Source of the DNA: a virus
Lineage: Duplodnaviria > Caudoviricetes
Direction: 5' to 3' (one strand)
DNA length: 48,580 bases
Virus record (IMG/VR): IMGVR_UViG_3300046383_000033
Location: 1-48,580 of that record
Every line of letters begins with the position of its first letter. Within the stretch, counting starts at the first letter, position 1. The notes beneath the pieces are model-generated. The model saw nothing but the letters and a program-made list of their open reading frames with translations. It was not told the origin of the DNA and searched no databases. The position numbers and the translations under genes are program-made. Of this stretch, positions 25,811-35,146 are shown piece by piece.

Positions 25811-26043
25811 GGGTCTGGGCTTTTCAGGACTTCCATCGAACCGAACTTCACGAAGAACGCGGGCTGCCCAATTTGTTTGGCGACCTTCACGACGCTGGCC
25901 TCATACTTTTGAAGATCTTCCGCGCCGAAGCCTACCAGCGGCATTGGAATGTCCGCGCCTTGGTAGGTAGCTGGCAGACAGACAATTGACGGCCCGCCGT
26001 CCTCCATCAACGTGACCCAAGCATAAAGCGGTGCGTAATTCAT
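25801..26043 (-). CDS. hypothetical protein
   Basis: ATGA coupling with 26040..26282. Confidence 0.6.
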   Translation of the reverse strand: MNYAPLYAWVTLMEDGGPSIVCLPATYQGADIPMPLVGFGAEDLQKYEASVVKVAKQIGQPAFFVKFGSMEVLKSPDPKK

Positions 26044-26282
26044 ACCTTCAGCCTCCAATGCAACCACGCGGCCAGCTCGGCCTTCGCCCTGGTCTCGTCC
26101 ATGTAGTAACGCGGGAAACCGTCTTGCCAGTCGAGGTCGGGGATACCGAACGCCTTGCCGTCCCAGTGTCCACGGTCGCAGTAGCGCTGGCGCTTCTGAA
26201 GCGTGACGGATGCGTGGCCGATGCGAAACGTCCAGTAACCGCCGTCCTCGGCTGTGAAGTACCACTCGTGTTCTTGCGTCAT
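26040..26282 (-). CDS. hypothetical protein downstream of tRNA
   Basis: 'RQRYCDRGHW...D..DGFPRYYMD...AK.E..AW' pattern. Confidence 0.65.
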   Translation of the reverse strand: MTQEHEWYFTAEDGGYWTFRIGHASVTLQKRQRYCDRGHWDGKAFGIPDLDWQDGFPRYYMDETRAKAELAAWLHWRLKV

Positions 26283-26296
26283 AATCAGTCGGATGG

Positions 26297-26371
26297 TGGT
26301 GCAGCCAGCAGGGATCGAACCTGCGACCTTTCCCATGTCAAGGGAACGCTCTACCGCTGAGCTATGGCTGC
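26297..26371 (-). tRNA. tRNA-Val(GAC)
   Basis: GCAGCCA/TGGCTGC-ACCA acceptor, GCTC/GAGC D arm, TTCCC-TTGACAT-GGGAA anticodon arm, GCAGG-TTCGATC-CCTGC T arm. Confidence 0.95.
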
Positions 26372-26386
26372 GATGGGCGGATTCTA
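26372..26386 (-). promoter_or_regulatory. candidate -10 and GC-rich discriminator of the tRNA promoter
   Basis: TAGAAT-CCGCCC just upstream of the tRNA. Confidence 0.45.
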
Positions 26387-26517
26387 CAATCCGTCAACGC
26401 CGAATTACGAGGGCGGCCAGCCGGCTGGCCCATAAGGCTGGGGGCCGACGGAAGTCGTATGGCTTTTCTACAAGTCACGAAACACCGAGAAAAGTAGGCT
26501 TCCACGTACTTTTACCA

Positions 26518-26550
26518 ATCCTTGACATGGATGTTTCCGACCTGTAGAAC
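26518..26550 (+). promoter_or_regulatory. candidate attP core and/or sigma70 promoter
   Basis: ATCC-TTGACAT-GGAT copies the tRNA-Val anticodon loop; also reads TTGACA-N17-TAGAAC. Confidence 0.4.
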
Positions 26551-26764
26551 ACCGGTCGGTCGCCGTCGCCTTTCCGTAACTCGCTGGAAACAAGGGAAAA
26601 TGTAGATGCTTCACGTTGCCATGGGTTGCTATGGCAGGCGTCGTGATCGCGGGCAAAGTCAGACGGTGGTAGGATGGGTTTACCAGAAGTAACAAGTGCA
26701 AACGATAGTCGCGTGAGAGCGCGCAAAGCCTACAAAACAAGCCATTTTTGAAACAGGAGCCAAT

Positions 26765-28270
26765 ATGAGAACTGCAACCATCGTCTTCACAGAAACACTG
26801 CTCAGGAAAATGAGCGCGGACCCGGCGCACCGTGGCAACGACTTCACGGATGCCGGGTGCCGGAATCTTGTGATCTACATCGCCAAGGATGGCGTCGTGA
26901 CCTTCACGTTTCGCAAGCGCGTGAAGGAGGCCCCGACCGGGCGAGTCTTCGAGGGCCTGGGAACATGGTCGAGCGCTTTCACGCTGACGCAAGCACGCGA
27001 TGCCTGCGCGGTCTGGCGGACGAAACTTTCGCAGGACGGCTTCAAGCCGAAGATCGAAAAGAAATCCGTTCTGGCGTCGATCCAGATCTACGAGGCAGCG
27101 CGCAAGCAAGGCGACAAGCAGACGAGCCGCAAGGGCACGCCGCTGCCGGGCAAGTGGGAGGAGTATCTGGAGCGCTTCAAGAAAGTGTTCCCGGATCTTC
27201 TGAGGCGCGACGTGAACGAGCTGCAACGCCCAGACTTCATGGGCGCGATGGCCGAGTACGGCCGCAAGGAGTACACGGCGAAGGGCAAGGAATGGGACTG
27301 GCGCGTGCTGCGGCCGATGATGGTTCACATGATGCCGATGCTTCGCTGGTACACGAAGCGCTACAACATGAACCCGAAGGCAATCGAGGACATCGTTCCG
27401 CCGGACTACGATGAGGACACCCGCTATCTACTGCCGGGCGAGTGGCAGGCGTGCGCGCCGCACGTCGATGGACTCACCGGGCTAGATGAGCACTGCGGAC
27501 TCTTCGAGCGATTCGTGTTGTACACCTGTGCGCGCTCGAAGCAGGTCTTAAAAATGCAGTGGGATGAAGTGCGCTGGGGCCAGTGGAAGACATGGAAGGA
27601 CGACGCCGGCCGCGAGCACCGCGCGCTGATCTGGATTCCGCCGCGCGAGAACGCCAAGGCGCGCAACCAGAAGGGCGGCGAGAAGTTGCCGCGCCGCGTA
27701 CTCATCACCGGCGAGGCGCTGACCGTACTGGAGAAGTTGCGCGCGATCTGGGAGGAGAACGTGAAGCTGCCCGAGCACGCGGACTGGAACGGCGTGTTCC
27801 CCGAGCGCGTGGTGCATCGCTGGTACACGGCACGCACGGAAATCCAGCGTGGCATCGAGGAGAAGGGCGGCACGAAACCGTGGGACCGTATGACGCTGCG
27901 GCACACGCACGCGACATACCTGGGCTATCTCGGCTGCCCGCCGCGCCTCATTTCGATGAGCATGAACCACACGCCGCGCGAGAAGGGGCAGGGTGCTGCG
28001 ACAGTGACGGATCGGTACAACAAGGCCGACGCGAGCGCGCGATTCATGACCGCCGACCCGCTGGCCGAGCTGGCGCCGTGGCACTTGCGGCTGCACAAGC
28101 TGATTCGCGACATCGAGCGCGGCAACATGCACTCGGCTGATCTGGCCGCGATGCAGGAGGACATGCGTGACAGCCAGCAGGTCCGCGACATGTGCGACCC
28201 GAAGCGGGGTTACAACATCAACCGCCGGTTTATCGAGGTCGAGGAGTCGAAGCTGCGCGCCGTCAAGTAA
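26765..28270 (+). CDS. int: tyrosine integrase with N-terminal arm-binding domain
   Basis: 'D....NL.I.....TFTFR...LGTW...TL.QAR' arm domain; catalytic R (YTCAR), 'TLRHT', 'MNH', Y (DRYN). Confidence 0.88.
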   Translation: MRTATIVFTETLLRKMSADPAHRGNDFTDAGCRNLVIYIAKDGVVTFTFRKRVKEAPTGRVFEGLGTWSSAFTLTQARDACAVWRTKLSQDGFKPKIEKKSVLASIQIYEAARKQGDKQTSRKGTPLPGKWEEYLERFKKVFPDLLRRDVNELQRPDFMGAMAEYGRKEYTAKGKEWDWRVLRPMMVHMMPMLRWYTKRYNMNPKAIEDIVPPDYDEDTRYLLPGEWQACAPHVDGLTGLDEHCGLFERFVLYTCARSKQVLKMQWDEVRWGQWKTWKDDAGREHRALIWIPPRENAKARNQKGGEKLPRRVLITGEALTVLEKLRAIWEENVKLPEHADWNGVFPERVVHRWYTARTEIQRGIEEKGGTKPWDRMTLRHTHATYLGYLGCPPRLISMSMNHTPREKGQGAATVTDRYNKADASARFMTADPLAELAPWHLRLHKLIRDIERGNMHSADLAAMQEDMRDSQQVRDMCDPKRGYNINRRFIEVEESKLRAVK

Positions 28271-28296
28271 CCTCAAACGTCCCACCAGACCGAACG

Positions 28297-28320
28297 AGGC
28301 CGCCGCAGGGCGGCCTTTTT
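28297..28320 (+). terminator. intrinsic terminator after integrase
   Basis: AGGCCGCC-GCAG-GGCGGCCT-TTTT. Confidence 0.8.
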
Positions 28321-28459
28321 CGTTTGGGGGTAGGGAAAGACCCCGGCTACCCGTATAGACGTCTGTAGTGACGTATACGGATCGTTGACGGGCATCGTCG
28401 TCGGTGGTTGACTTCTCGCGCGCCATCCATTGCCAACGCCTACCGCGAGGGGTTCTTCG

Positions 28460-28819
28460 ATGTCCAGAAAACCAAAACCACCCGCACGACGTGGAAAGGT
28501 CGTGTTCGATACACCCGTCTACACCACCGCAGAACTGTGCGCCCGTCACCGCATATCGCGCCGCACGTTGCGACGTTGGACCAATGAGCGCGCCTTCCCC
28601 GCCGGCTGGCAGAGCGGCAAGAACGTGGTCTACGCAAAACAGCAATGCCACGACTGGGAGAAGATCCACACGCCGGCATTGCACACCGAGCCGGATCTGA
28701 CCGAGGAAGACAAGCACTGGGAACGGCTCAGGCGTCGATACCTGTTGGAGAAGGAGGAGCGCGAGGCGGCACCTCCTCCTCCACCCAGGCGCGGGCCACC
28801 GCCGCGCGCCAGAGCATGA
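28460..28819 (+). CDS. AlpA-like excisionase / HTH protein
   Basis: 'YTTAELCARHRISRRTLRRW....FP.......Y....DW'. Confidence 0.75.
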   Translation: MSRKPKPPARRGKVVFDTPVYTTAELCARHRISRRTLRRWTNERAFPAGWQSGKNVVYAKQQCHDWEKIHTPALHTEPDLTEEDKHWERLRRRYLLEKEEREAAPPPPPRRGPPPRARA

Positions 28820-28825
28820 AAAGAA

Positions 28826-28850
28826 AACGGGCACCTTCATGGTGCCCGTT
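28826..28850. terminator. bidirectional terminator between xis and repressor
   Basis: AACGGGCACC-TTCAT-GGTGCCCGTT with an A-tract on the left. Confidence 0.7.
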
Positions 28851-28877
28851 CTCGTTCAAACTACTTGAAGCTCCGTG

Positions 28878-29282
28878 CTACTCCGTTTGCGGCTTCCCGT
28901 TCTTGGCCATTTCCTCCTCCAGTTTGGCAAGCAGCGCGTAGTGCTTCATCGCGTCGAGAACGGGCAGGGGCATCTTCACCACCAGCACCTTGTAACCGGG
29001 CTTGTGATGCTCGCGCATCTCCAGCAGCGTTTCCGTCACTGGCTTTGCGGGCATCAGATCAGTCGGTTTGCATTCGAGGACTGCCGCGAGCCGCGCAAGG
29101 GTCTTCGGCGTCGGCAGGCTCCTCATCGTGGTGTACGTGCTCACAGCGTCGTTCGACAGCTTCGCTCTCCTTGCCAGCTCCGCGCCCGTCATCTTTTGCT
29201 CCTTCATGCGGGCCACCAGCCGATCCCGGAATATTCTCCGGTCAGTCGGCACGTTCATCAGATCATCACTTCTCTTGTTCAA
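28878..29282 (-). CDS. XRE/CI-type repressor
   Basis: 'MTGAELARRAKLSNDAVSTY....SLP...TLARLAAVLEC'; GGAGCTG leader; divergent from Cro-like gene. Confidence 0.85.
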   Translation of the reverse strand: MNKRSDDLMNVPTDRRIFRDRLVARMKEQKMTGAELARRAKLSNDAVSTYTTMRSLPTPKTLARLAAVLECKPTDLMPAKPVTETLLEMREHHKPGYKVLVVKMPLPVLDAMKHYALLAKLEEEMAKNGKPQTE

Positions 29283-29299
29283 ATCACAGCTCCTTTCTT

Positions 29300-29600
29300 C
29301 ACCCTAATAAACACCCGCTGTCACGAGTGCCTTTCTTTTTTTCGACCAAGCTACAAAACCAGTCAACTTGCAGTTAGTCAATCGAGTGCGCCCGTATCGG
29401 CAACCCATGACCACTGTAGACACCGATGATAGAACATTTGTAGGACGAATCTTGTCAACTCATGGCAACCATGCATTACAAATTTGACCGTCGCATGTTG
29501 CCAACGACGGCGTGTAACTGAATTAACCGAATTTTCAGCAATCTACACGGTCATTTTTTTACAAGTGGCTGCTTTGGTAGGAGCGTGCCCCCGCAGGAAT
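29300..29600. promoter_or_regulatory. immunity/switch region (AT-richer, repeated GGCAAC and GTCAA motifs)
   Basis: Intergenic region between divergent HTH genes. Confidence 0.6.
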
Positions 29601-29622
29601 GGACACCTGCTGGGAGTCGGAC

Positions 29623-29883
29623 ATGCCCTACGGCACGCATTTCAACTACGAAAGACTACAACGCGATCTAGGCTTTTTACCTACTGATCTGCCGCGTCTT
29701 TTCAAGGGCCTCTACGGCGAGGACATCAGTAAGGCGGCGGTCTACGCGTGGTTTGCGCGCGAGAGCATGAGCGTCGAGCGGCTGATCCAGCTCCTCGCCA
29801 TCGTTCGCATCGAGACCGGCAAGAAGCTCGATGTGTGGAAATACATTGATGTCACGCGGCCAGCCAACTCCAAGGTGGCCTAA
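29623..29883 (+). CDS. Cro-like DNA-binding protein
   Basis: 'ISKAAVYAWF.R.S'; GGAG RBS; divergent from repressor. Confidence 0.6.
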   Translation: MPYGTHFNYERLQRDLGFLPTDLPRLFKGLYGEDISKAAVYAWFARESMSVERLIQLLAIVRIETGKKLDVWKYIDVTRPANSKVA

Positions 29884-30804
29884 ATGCGAATCGACATTCA
29901 CAACGATTCGCATTGGCAAGAGCTACGCGCCGGCTGCATCGGTGCCAGCGAGGTCGCGGCCCTGTTTGGCTGCGGCTATCAAACTCACTTCCAGCTCTGG
30001 CACGAAAAGAGGGGCGACCTAGCGCACGCCGACTACACCGACAACGAACGTGTGGTGCTGGGCAAGTGTCTTGAGGATGGCATCGCGCGAGCGGCCGGCG
30101 AGTTATACGACTACAAGCTGGTGCGGGCGAACGCCTACTTCACGGACGACGACTGTCTTGGCCTCGGCGCGACGCCCGACTTTTTCCTTGTGAGGGATGG
30201 CGGCGAATTTCCGGCCGAGGTCAAGAACGCTTCGTGGGGATCGTTCAAAGATAATTGGATCATCCACGAGGACGGCTTTGTCGAGCCGCCGCTTCGCTTC
30301 TCTCTGCAAGTGCAATCCCAACTCGCTTGCACCAAGGCGGCGGCCGGCCTTCTGATCGCGCTCATCAGCGGCGACCGCATCGTCCGATGCGAGTTACCGC
30401 GCCACGATCAGGCCATCGCGGAGATACGCCGCCGAGTTCGCGCCTTCTGGGATTCCATTGAGCTGAACGTAGAGCCGCCCGCCGAAATGCCGGCCGACAT
30501 GGACGCCGCAAAACGGGTCTGGCACGCGGGCGACGGACAGGTTGATCTGCGCGGCGACCCGGACGTAGAGGGCTGGCTGTCACAACTCGCAGAGCTGCGC
30601 GACGTGCGCAAGCGCATCGAGGCCGACAGTGACGTGATCGAGGCGAAGGTCATGGCCTATTGCGTGTCTAACCAGTTCGCCGCCATCACCGCCAACGCCG
30701 GCCGCGTCTCCTGCAAGACCTTGCCGGCCGCGCCCGCGCATACCAGAAACTTCAAGGCGCAGCCTGAGCGCATCCAGCTTCGCATCACGACGAGTCGCCT
30801 ATGA
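29884..30804 (+). CDS. YqaJ/lambda-exonuclease-family recombination nuclease
   Basis: 'W...R...IGASEVAA', 'G..LE', 'ATPD', 'EVKN', 'QVQSQL'. Confidence 0.9.
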   Translation: MRIDIHNDSHWQELRAGCIGASEVAALFGCGYQTHFQLWHEKRGDLAHADYTDNERVVLGKCLEDGIARAAGELYDYKLVRANAYFTDDDCLGLGATPDFFLVRDGGEFPAEVKNASWGSFKDNWIIHEDGFVEPPLRFSLQVQSQLACTKAAAGLLIALISGDRIVRCELPRHDQAIAEIRRRVRAFWDSIELNVEPPAEMPADMDAAKRVWHAGDGQVDLRGDPDVEGWLSQLAELRDVRKRIEADSDVIEAKVMAYCVSNQFAAITANAGRVSCKTLPAAPAHTRNFKAQPERIQLRITTSRL

Positions 30805-31025
30805 GCAAGCGTCCGATCAGCGAGGCGACGCTGCGCTATCAGGCTATGCGCTGCGAAACCGCAAAGTGCAAGCGCTGCAAGTGTCGCTGTGGCGGACTGC
30901 TGCATGGCGCATCCCATACCCCCGAGTGGATCGCCGACGAGGTAATGCGAGACCGAATCGCATTCCAGCGTCCGCCGCAGCAAGTTGATTGGGTTGGGTA
31001 CGCCGGCTTCGAGCGCTACCTGTGA
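30801..31025 (+). CDS. Cys-rich small protein
   Basis: 'CETAKCKRCKCRCGG..HG'. Confidence 0.65.
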   Translation: MSKRPISEATLRYQAMRCETAKCKRCKCRCGGLLHGASHTPEWIADEVMRDRIAFQRPPQQVDWVGYAGFERYL

Positions 31026-31537
31026 AGTTCGAGGTGCCGGAGCTGGCGATTGCCGTCGCCAAAGAACGCGTTCGCTGTCAGTACAACAGCACGACGTTCT
31101 ACGGCGACAAGTGGGAAAAGTCCCTGCAAGGTGTCATTGGCGAACTGCACTTCGCTCGCTGCTTCGGCTTGGCATACACCTGGGCGCGGGCCGCGCAGCA
31201 ATACAGGGGTGACGGCGGCATCGACTTCACCGTCCCGCTTCTCACTCGCGCGAAGCCATTGACCATCGATGTGAAGATCGCGCGCAAGCCTGACTATCTA
31301 TTCATCAAGAAGCAGGACATAGGACGCGGCGCGGAAGTCCTCGTACTCCTCAAGTACGACGACGAGAAAGGCCCGTCGTTCATCGGCTGGGATTGGCGCA
31401 GCGTTATGAAACGGATGCCCATCTACCACGTCAAAAAGTTCAACACATACAACTACGCGCGCCGCGCCATTGACCTTCTCTACATGGACGAGCTGTGCGA
31501 GCTGCTGGCGTACCGTCAGATACGGGTGGTCGAATGA
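31022..31537 (+). CDS. PD-(D/E)xK-type nuclease-like protein
   Basis: 'G..GE..F...DGG.D...IDVK'. Confidence 0.6.
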   Translation: MKFEVPELAIAVAKERVRCQYNSTTFYGDKWEKSLQGVIGELHFARCFGLAYTWARAAQQYRGDGGIDFTVPLLTRAKPLTIDVKIARKPDYLFIKKQDIGRGAEVLVLLKYDDEKGPSFIGWDWRSVMKRMPIYHVKKFNTYNYARRAIDLLYMDELCELLAYRQIRVVE

Positions 31538-32121
31538 GGCGCCAGCGTCCGAAGCCCGGCCTGCGCTGGCTCCCGAAAGCCGCGCTCAAATGGGTGGACG
31601 GCAGCGGCGCGCGTGAGCTGGTTCCACGTCAGCACGCGCTGTACCTGAACCTGGGCCTTGGTCCTGAGCCCGGTCTGATCTACCGCGAGCGCCAGATGCA
31701 AACGGCGGTAGTGCAGTACATCGACAAGTGTCACCCGCAAGTCGGCTCGCTGTGCTTCCACGTGCCGCTCGAACTGCTGCGCCGCGAGGAACACACGGCC
31801 GGCATGTTCCACGCCCTTGGCGCGCGAGCTGGCGTCGCAGACATCGTGATGCTGGTGCCACGCGGCGCGTATCACGGGCTGCTCATCGAGCTGAAAGTGC
31901 CACCGCGCCGGCCGACCGACAGCCAAGTCACCTTTCTCGAGTCGGCGCGCGCTCAAGGGTACGCGGCGTGCTGGTCCGACTCGATCAACACCGTACTCAA
32001 GCTCATCGATGTGTACCTGAAACTACCGCCGCGCGCGACGTTGGCGGAACTCACCCCGCAGCCATTGGAGGCCGACCATGAACTCCGTCGTAGCACAAAA
32101 GCCCGCCGAAAAGCCGATTGA
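31534..32121 (+). CDS. VRR-NUC domain nuclease (resolvase-like)
   Basis: 'E..MQ...FHVP...G.RAGVADI...GLLIELK...Q..F.....GY'. Confidence 0.85.
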   Translation: MRRQRPKPGLRWLPKAALKWVDGSGARELVPRQHALYLNLGLGPEPGLIYRERQMQTAVVQYIDKCHPQVGSLCFHVPLELLRREEHTAGMFHALGARAGVADIVMLVPRGAYHGLLIELKVPPRRPTDSQVTFLESARAQGYAACWSDSINTVLKLIDVYLKLPPRATLAELTPQPLEADHELRRSTKARRKAD

Positions 32122-33001
32122 GCTGATCCGCTCGCAACTCTATCTACCGTCGATGCAGGCGCAGTTAAAGACCGCGCTACCGCCGCATGTGACGGTGGAG
32201 AAGTTCCTGCGCGTCGCCATGACGGCGCTGCAACAGAATCCGGCCCTCCTGAACCTAGACCGCAGTTCGCTCTTCGCGGCCGTCGTGACGGCGGCGCAGT
32301 TGGGCCTCCTGCCCGACGCCCAGCTCGGCGAGGCGTACTTCGTGCCGCGCAAGGGAAAGGTCTGTCTCGATCCCGGCTATCGCGGTCTCATCAAGCTCGC
32401 ACGTCAGGGTGACATCGGCTTTGTCGAGGCGGAAATCATCTGCCACAACGACAAGACGCTGTATGTACTCGGCGATAACTCGCACTTCGAGTCGATGGTG
32501 AACTGGCAGGACCGTGGCCCGATGGTTGGCGTGTACGCGCTCGCCAAGTACCGCGACGGCGGGATCGCGGCCCGCGCCGTCATGACCAAGGCCCAGGTCG
32601 ATGCGATCCGCGCCGGCTCGCAAAACGCCAACGGCCCGGCGTGGTCGAACCATTACGAAGAGATGGCGAAGAAGACGGCCCTGCGACGCCTTGCCAAGCT
32701 GCTGCCCCTGTCCACGACCGCGAACAACGCTTTCCGCCTGTCGGAGCTGCACGAGGAGCTGGCGAAGGGCGGCCGGGTAATCGACGGGGAGGTGGTCGAG
32801 GACGAGCCGGAGGAGGCTCCGGAAGCCCCTGAGGCGAAGCCACGCCGCCGCAGGACGGCGCTCGACGGCATCCCCTCCACGGCCCAGCCCCAGCCGACCG
32901 CACCCGTACAGCCCTCAGGAGGGGCCGACAGCGTGTTTTCGGTGGACCCGGAGACCGGGGAAGTCGTGAACGGGGATCTGTTCGATGGGCCGCAGGCGTA
33001 A
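32078..33001 (+). CDS. recT: RecT single-strand annealing protein
   Basis: 'AAQLGL.P...GEAY.VP', 'GYRGLI.LA', 'W..HYEEMAKKT.LRRL.K.LP.S'. Confidence 0.93.
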   Translation: MNSVVAQKPAEKPIELIRSQLYLPSMQAQLKTALPPHVTVEKFLRVAMTALQQNPALLNLDRSSLFAAVVTAAQLGLLPDAQLGEAYFVPRKGKVCLDPGYRGLIKLARQGDIGFVEAEIICHNDKTLYVLGDNSHFESMVNWQDRGPMVGVYALAKYRDGGIAARAVMTKAQVDAIRAGSQNANGPAWSNHYEEMAKKTALRRLAKLLPLSTTANNAFRLSELHEELAKGGRVIDGEVVEDEPEEAPEAPEAKPRRRRTALDGIPSTAQPQPTAPVQPSGGADSVFSVDPETGEVVNGDLFDGPQA

Positions 33002-33404
33002 CCCGCTGCCGGAGGCCGCACCTCTCATGTTCGAGACGTGCGTGGCTTGCCGCCGGCAGGGAATCGTGGCGGCCGAGGTATTCCCGTTCTGGTGGGGTCT
33101 GCCCATAGGGCACAGGTGGTGTCACCGATCCTGTGCAGAGCGATACCGCGCCGCGCTAGTAGCCGCTCAACGTGCGCGAGCAGTTGAGGGGAGCAGACCA
33201 AGGGCCCAGGTAGGGCATGTACGTGAACGCGAGTCATTGGGCGCGGCGCATGGCGACATGGCGCGCACCGTAAACCAGTCCGAGCAAAAAGCAAGGGGAG
33301 CTGTCAGTGAGCAACATCATTCAGTTAAAGCACGCCGCGAAGATCCACGGCTGCGACGGGATCGTGGCGGAAGTCGTGACGATTACGCCGGCCGAGGCAA
33401 CTAA
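32985..33404 (+). CDS. hypothetical protein (uncertain)
   Basis: CxxC and CHxxC motifs, but overlaps the next gene by about 100 nt. Confidence 0.3.
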   Translation: MGRRRNPLPEAAPLMFETCVACRRQGIVAAEVFPFWWGLPIGHRWCHRSCAERYRAALVAAQRARAVEGSRPRAQVGHVRERESLGAAHGDMARTVNQSEQKARGAVSEQHHSVKARREDPRLRRDRGGSRDDYAGRGN

Positions 33405-34176
33405 CTGGTTACGGTGCAACATCCACAACCGGCCGGTGCGCAAGCGCCACATCGAGTTCCTGGCCAACGAAATCAAGAACGGCAATTGGCAGGTCAACGG
33501 TCAGGCCATCGTGATCGCCGAGGATGAACAGGTGCTCGACGGCCAGCATCGATTGCTCGCCATCATCGAGGCCGGGATCTCCATCAAGACGATGGTCGTC
33601 TACGGGATCAGCGCGGCGGCGTTCTCCACCATCGACACGGGCGCGGTACGCACCTCGGCTGATGCCTTGTGCCTGCACTTCACTGACTACCCTCAAAACG
33701 TCGTCAAGGCCGTGGCGTCCGCCGTGCCGTGGGTGAAGCAGTTGGAGAAGGGCTCGATGCACAAGAACCCTAGGAAGCTCTCGAACACCGAAATCATTGC
33801 CTACGCGAAAGATCACCTCTCACTCTTCGAGCGCGCGGCGACGTTGCTGCACTATCCGAAGGACAACCGGCCGCTGTCGGCCGGCGTCGGCACTGCGCTC
33901 TATGAATACTTCTCGCGCAAGAGCGAGGAGACGGCCGACGATTTTTTCCGCGATCTATTTACGGGCGAGAACCTGTCGCGCACCAACGTCGAATACATTT
34001 TGCGGCAGGCGTTCACGAAAGACGCGCAGCGCATCACGAGCAAGCTACCGACCTACATCAAGGTCCGCATGACGGTGAAGGCGTGGAATTGGCGACGGCG
34101 CGGCCGTGGCGACGAGGCGAGCTACCAGACCATCACGGTCTCGGCCAACGAAGATCAGAAGCTCACCATTTTTTGA
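33307..34176 (+). CDS. ParB/Srx N-terminal-domain-like protein
   Basis: 'ITP.EA...L..N..NR...G.W...G..I......LDGQHRL.A'; GGAGCTG leader. Confidence 0.75.
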   Translation: MSNIIQLKHAAKIHGCDGIVAEVVTITPAEATNWLRCNIHNRPVRKRHIEFLANEIKNGNWQVNGQAIVIAEDEQVLDGQHRLLAIIEAGISIKTMVVYGISAAAFSTIDTGAVRTSADALCLHFTDYPQNVVKAVASAVPWVKQLEKGSMHKNPRKLSNTEIIAYAKDHLSLFERAATLLHYPKDNRPLSAGVGTALYEYFSRKSEETADDFFRDLFTGENLSRTNVEYILRQAFTKDAQRITSKLPTYIKVRMTVKAWNWRRRGRGDEASYQTITVSANEDQKLTIF

Positions 34177-34183
34177 GGGCACG

Positions 34184-34393
34184 ATGAAAACCGAATACTC
34201 AGAGTTCGCGCTGCACTACGTCGCGCACGCTCGCCGGGACGGCGGCAGGGTCACGTGGTTTGACGTTGCAGCGGCATACGACGCTGGGCTTACACACGCG
34301 GTCGCCATAACGCCGGCCAAGCGCCAGTCACTCATCCGCTATCTGCGCGCCCTTAGGGTCATCAATGCGGCGCGCGCGGAGCGGCAGAAATGA
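34184..34393 (+). CDS. hypothetical protein
   Basis: GAGG RBS; coupled to next gene. Confidence 0.55.
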   Translation: MKTEYSEFALHYVAHARRDGGRVTWFDVAAAYDAGLTHAVAITPAKRQSLIRYLRALRVINAARAERQK

Positions 34394-34731
34394 GAGCATC
34401 GAGAATCAATCCAAATGTGTGGAACGGCGAGGAGCGCAGCGGCGGCTATCTCGCGAAGAACAACAGGCCGACATCGGCCAACTCGCCAGAGTTCAAGGGA
34501 CGTATCTATCTAATCGGCGTCGGCTGGTATTGGCTTTCAGCCTGGACGAAGCACACTGGGACCGGGGAATTGCTGGCTGTTCGCGCGCAGGAAATGACCG
34601 ACGAACAAGCCACAAAGTTCTGTCAGCCGAAGGCGCGCCGGGGGAAACCACACCTAAACGACTCACATATAGAATCCCCGGATCGAGCAACAATCGGCGC
34701 GGAATCAGGGCAGGACGACATTCAATTTTGA
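34390..34731 (+). CDS. putative single-stranded DNA-binding protein (DUF736-like)
   Basis: 'G.L.KN......P.F.G.I....Y.LSAW' and SSB-like acidic tail 'DDIQF'. Confidence 0.65.
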   Translation: MRASRINPNVWNGEERSGGYLAKNNRPTSANSPEFKGRIYLIGVGWYWLSAWTKHTGTGELLAVRAQEMTDEQATKFCQPKARRGKPHLNDSHIESPDRATIGAESGQDDIQF

Positions 34732-34852
34732 TTGTCGGTGTGAAGTCCTATTGACAATCTATTGACTGAATAGGGGGCATCGGTTGCGGTGGCGGGCCGA
34801 AACGGCTATTTTCCCGTTAGGGGTCGATCATCACATGTACAGGAGTTGACTG

Positions 34853-35146
34853 ATGAAAATGATCTGTGAGGTTGAAGGTTGCGGGGCGGAGCTATCCGAG
34901 TTAACAGGATCAAAGGGTGGCCCCATGTTATGCGCAGGCTGCCGCACCGGCTCTTACTACTGGAAAGGTCAATCGCTGGCGCACATGCGCCACCGCCGCG
35001 AACGACTCACATTGTTTTCCCACCGGCTTGAATACTACGATAAGCGCGTTGCACAAATCGTCAATGACGCAGCCAAGGCAATCGTAGCCACAAGACGGCG
35101 CGCGCGCGCCGCGCAAGCCTCCTCGCTACCCAGTACGAGGCATTAA
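34853..35146 (+). CDS. Zn-binding hypothetical protein
   Basis: 'CEVEGC...LCAGC'; AGGAG RBS. Confidence 0.65.
   Translation: MKMICEVEGCGAELSELTGSKGGPMLCAGCRTGSYYWKGQSLAHMRHRRERLTLFSHRLEYYDKRVAQIVNDAAKAIVATRRRARAAQASSLPSTRH

Noticed and set aside
26040-26336. ORF-track start inside the tRNA
   Set aside because: Overlaps the tRNA; ATG at 26282 preferred
34794-34860. GGGCCGAAACGG...CTGATGA as a type II hammerhead
   Set aside because: Stems I and II cannot form in register; CTGATGA is just the start-codon context
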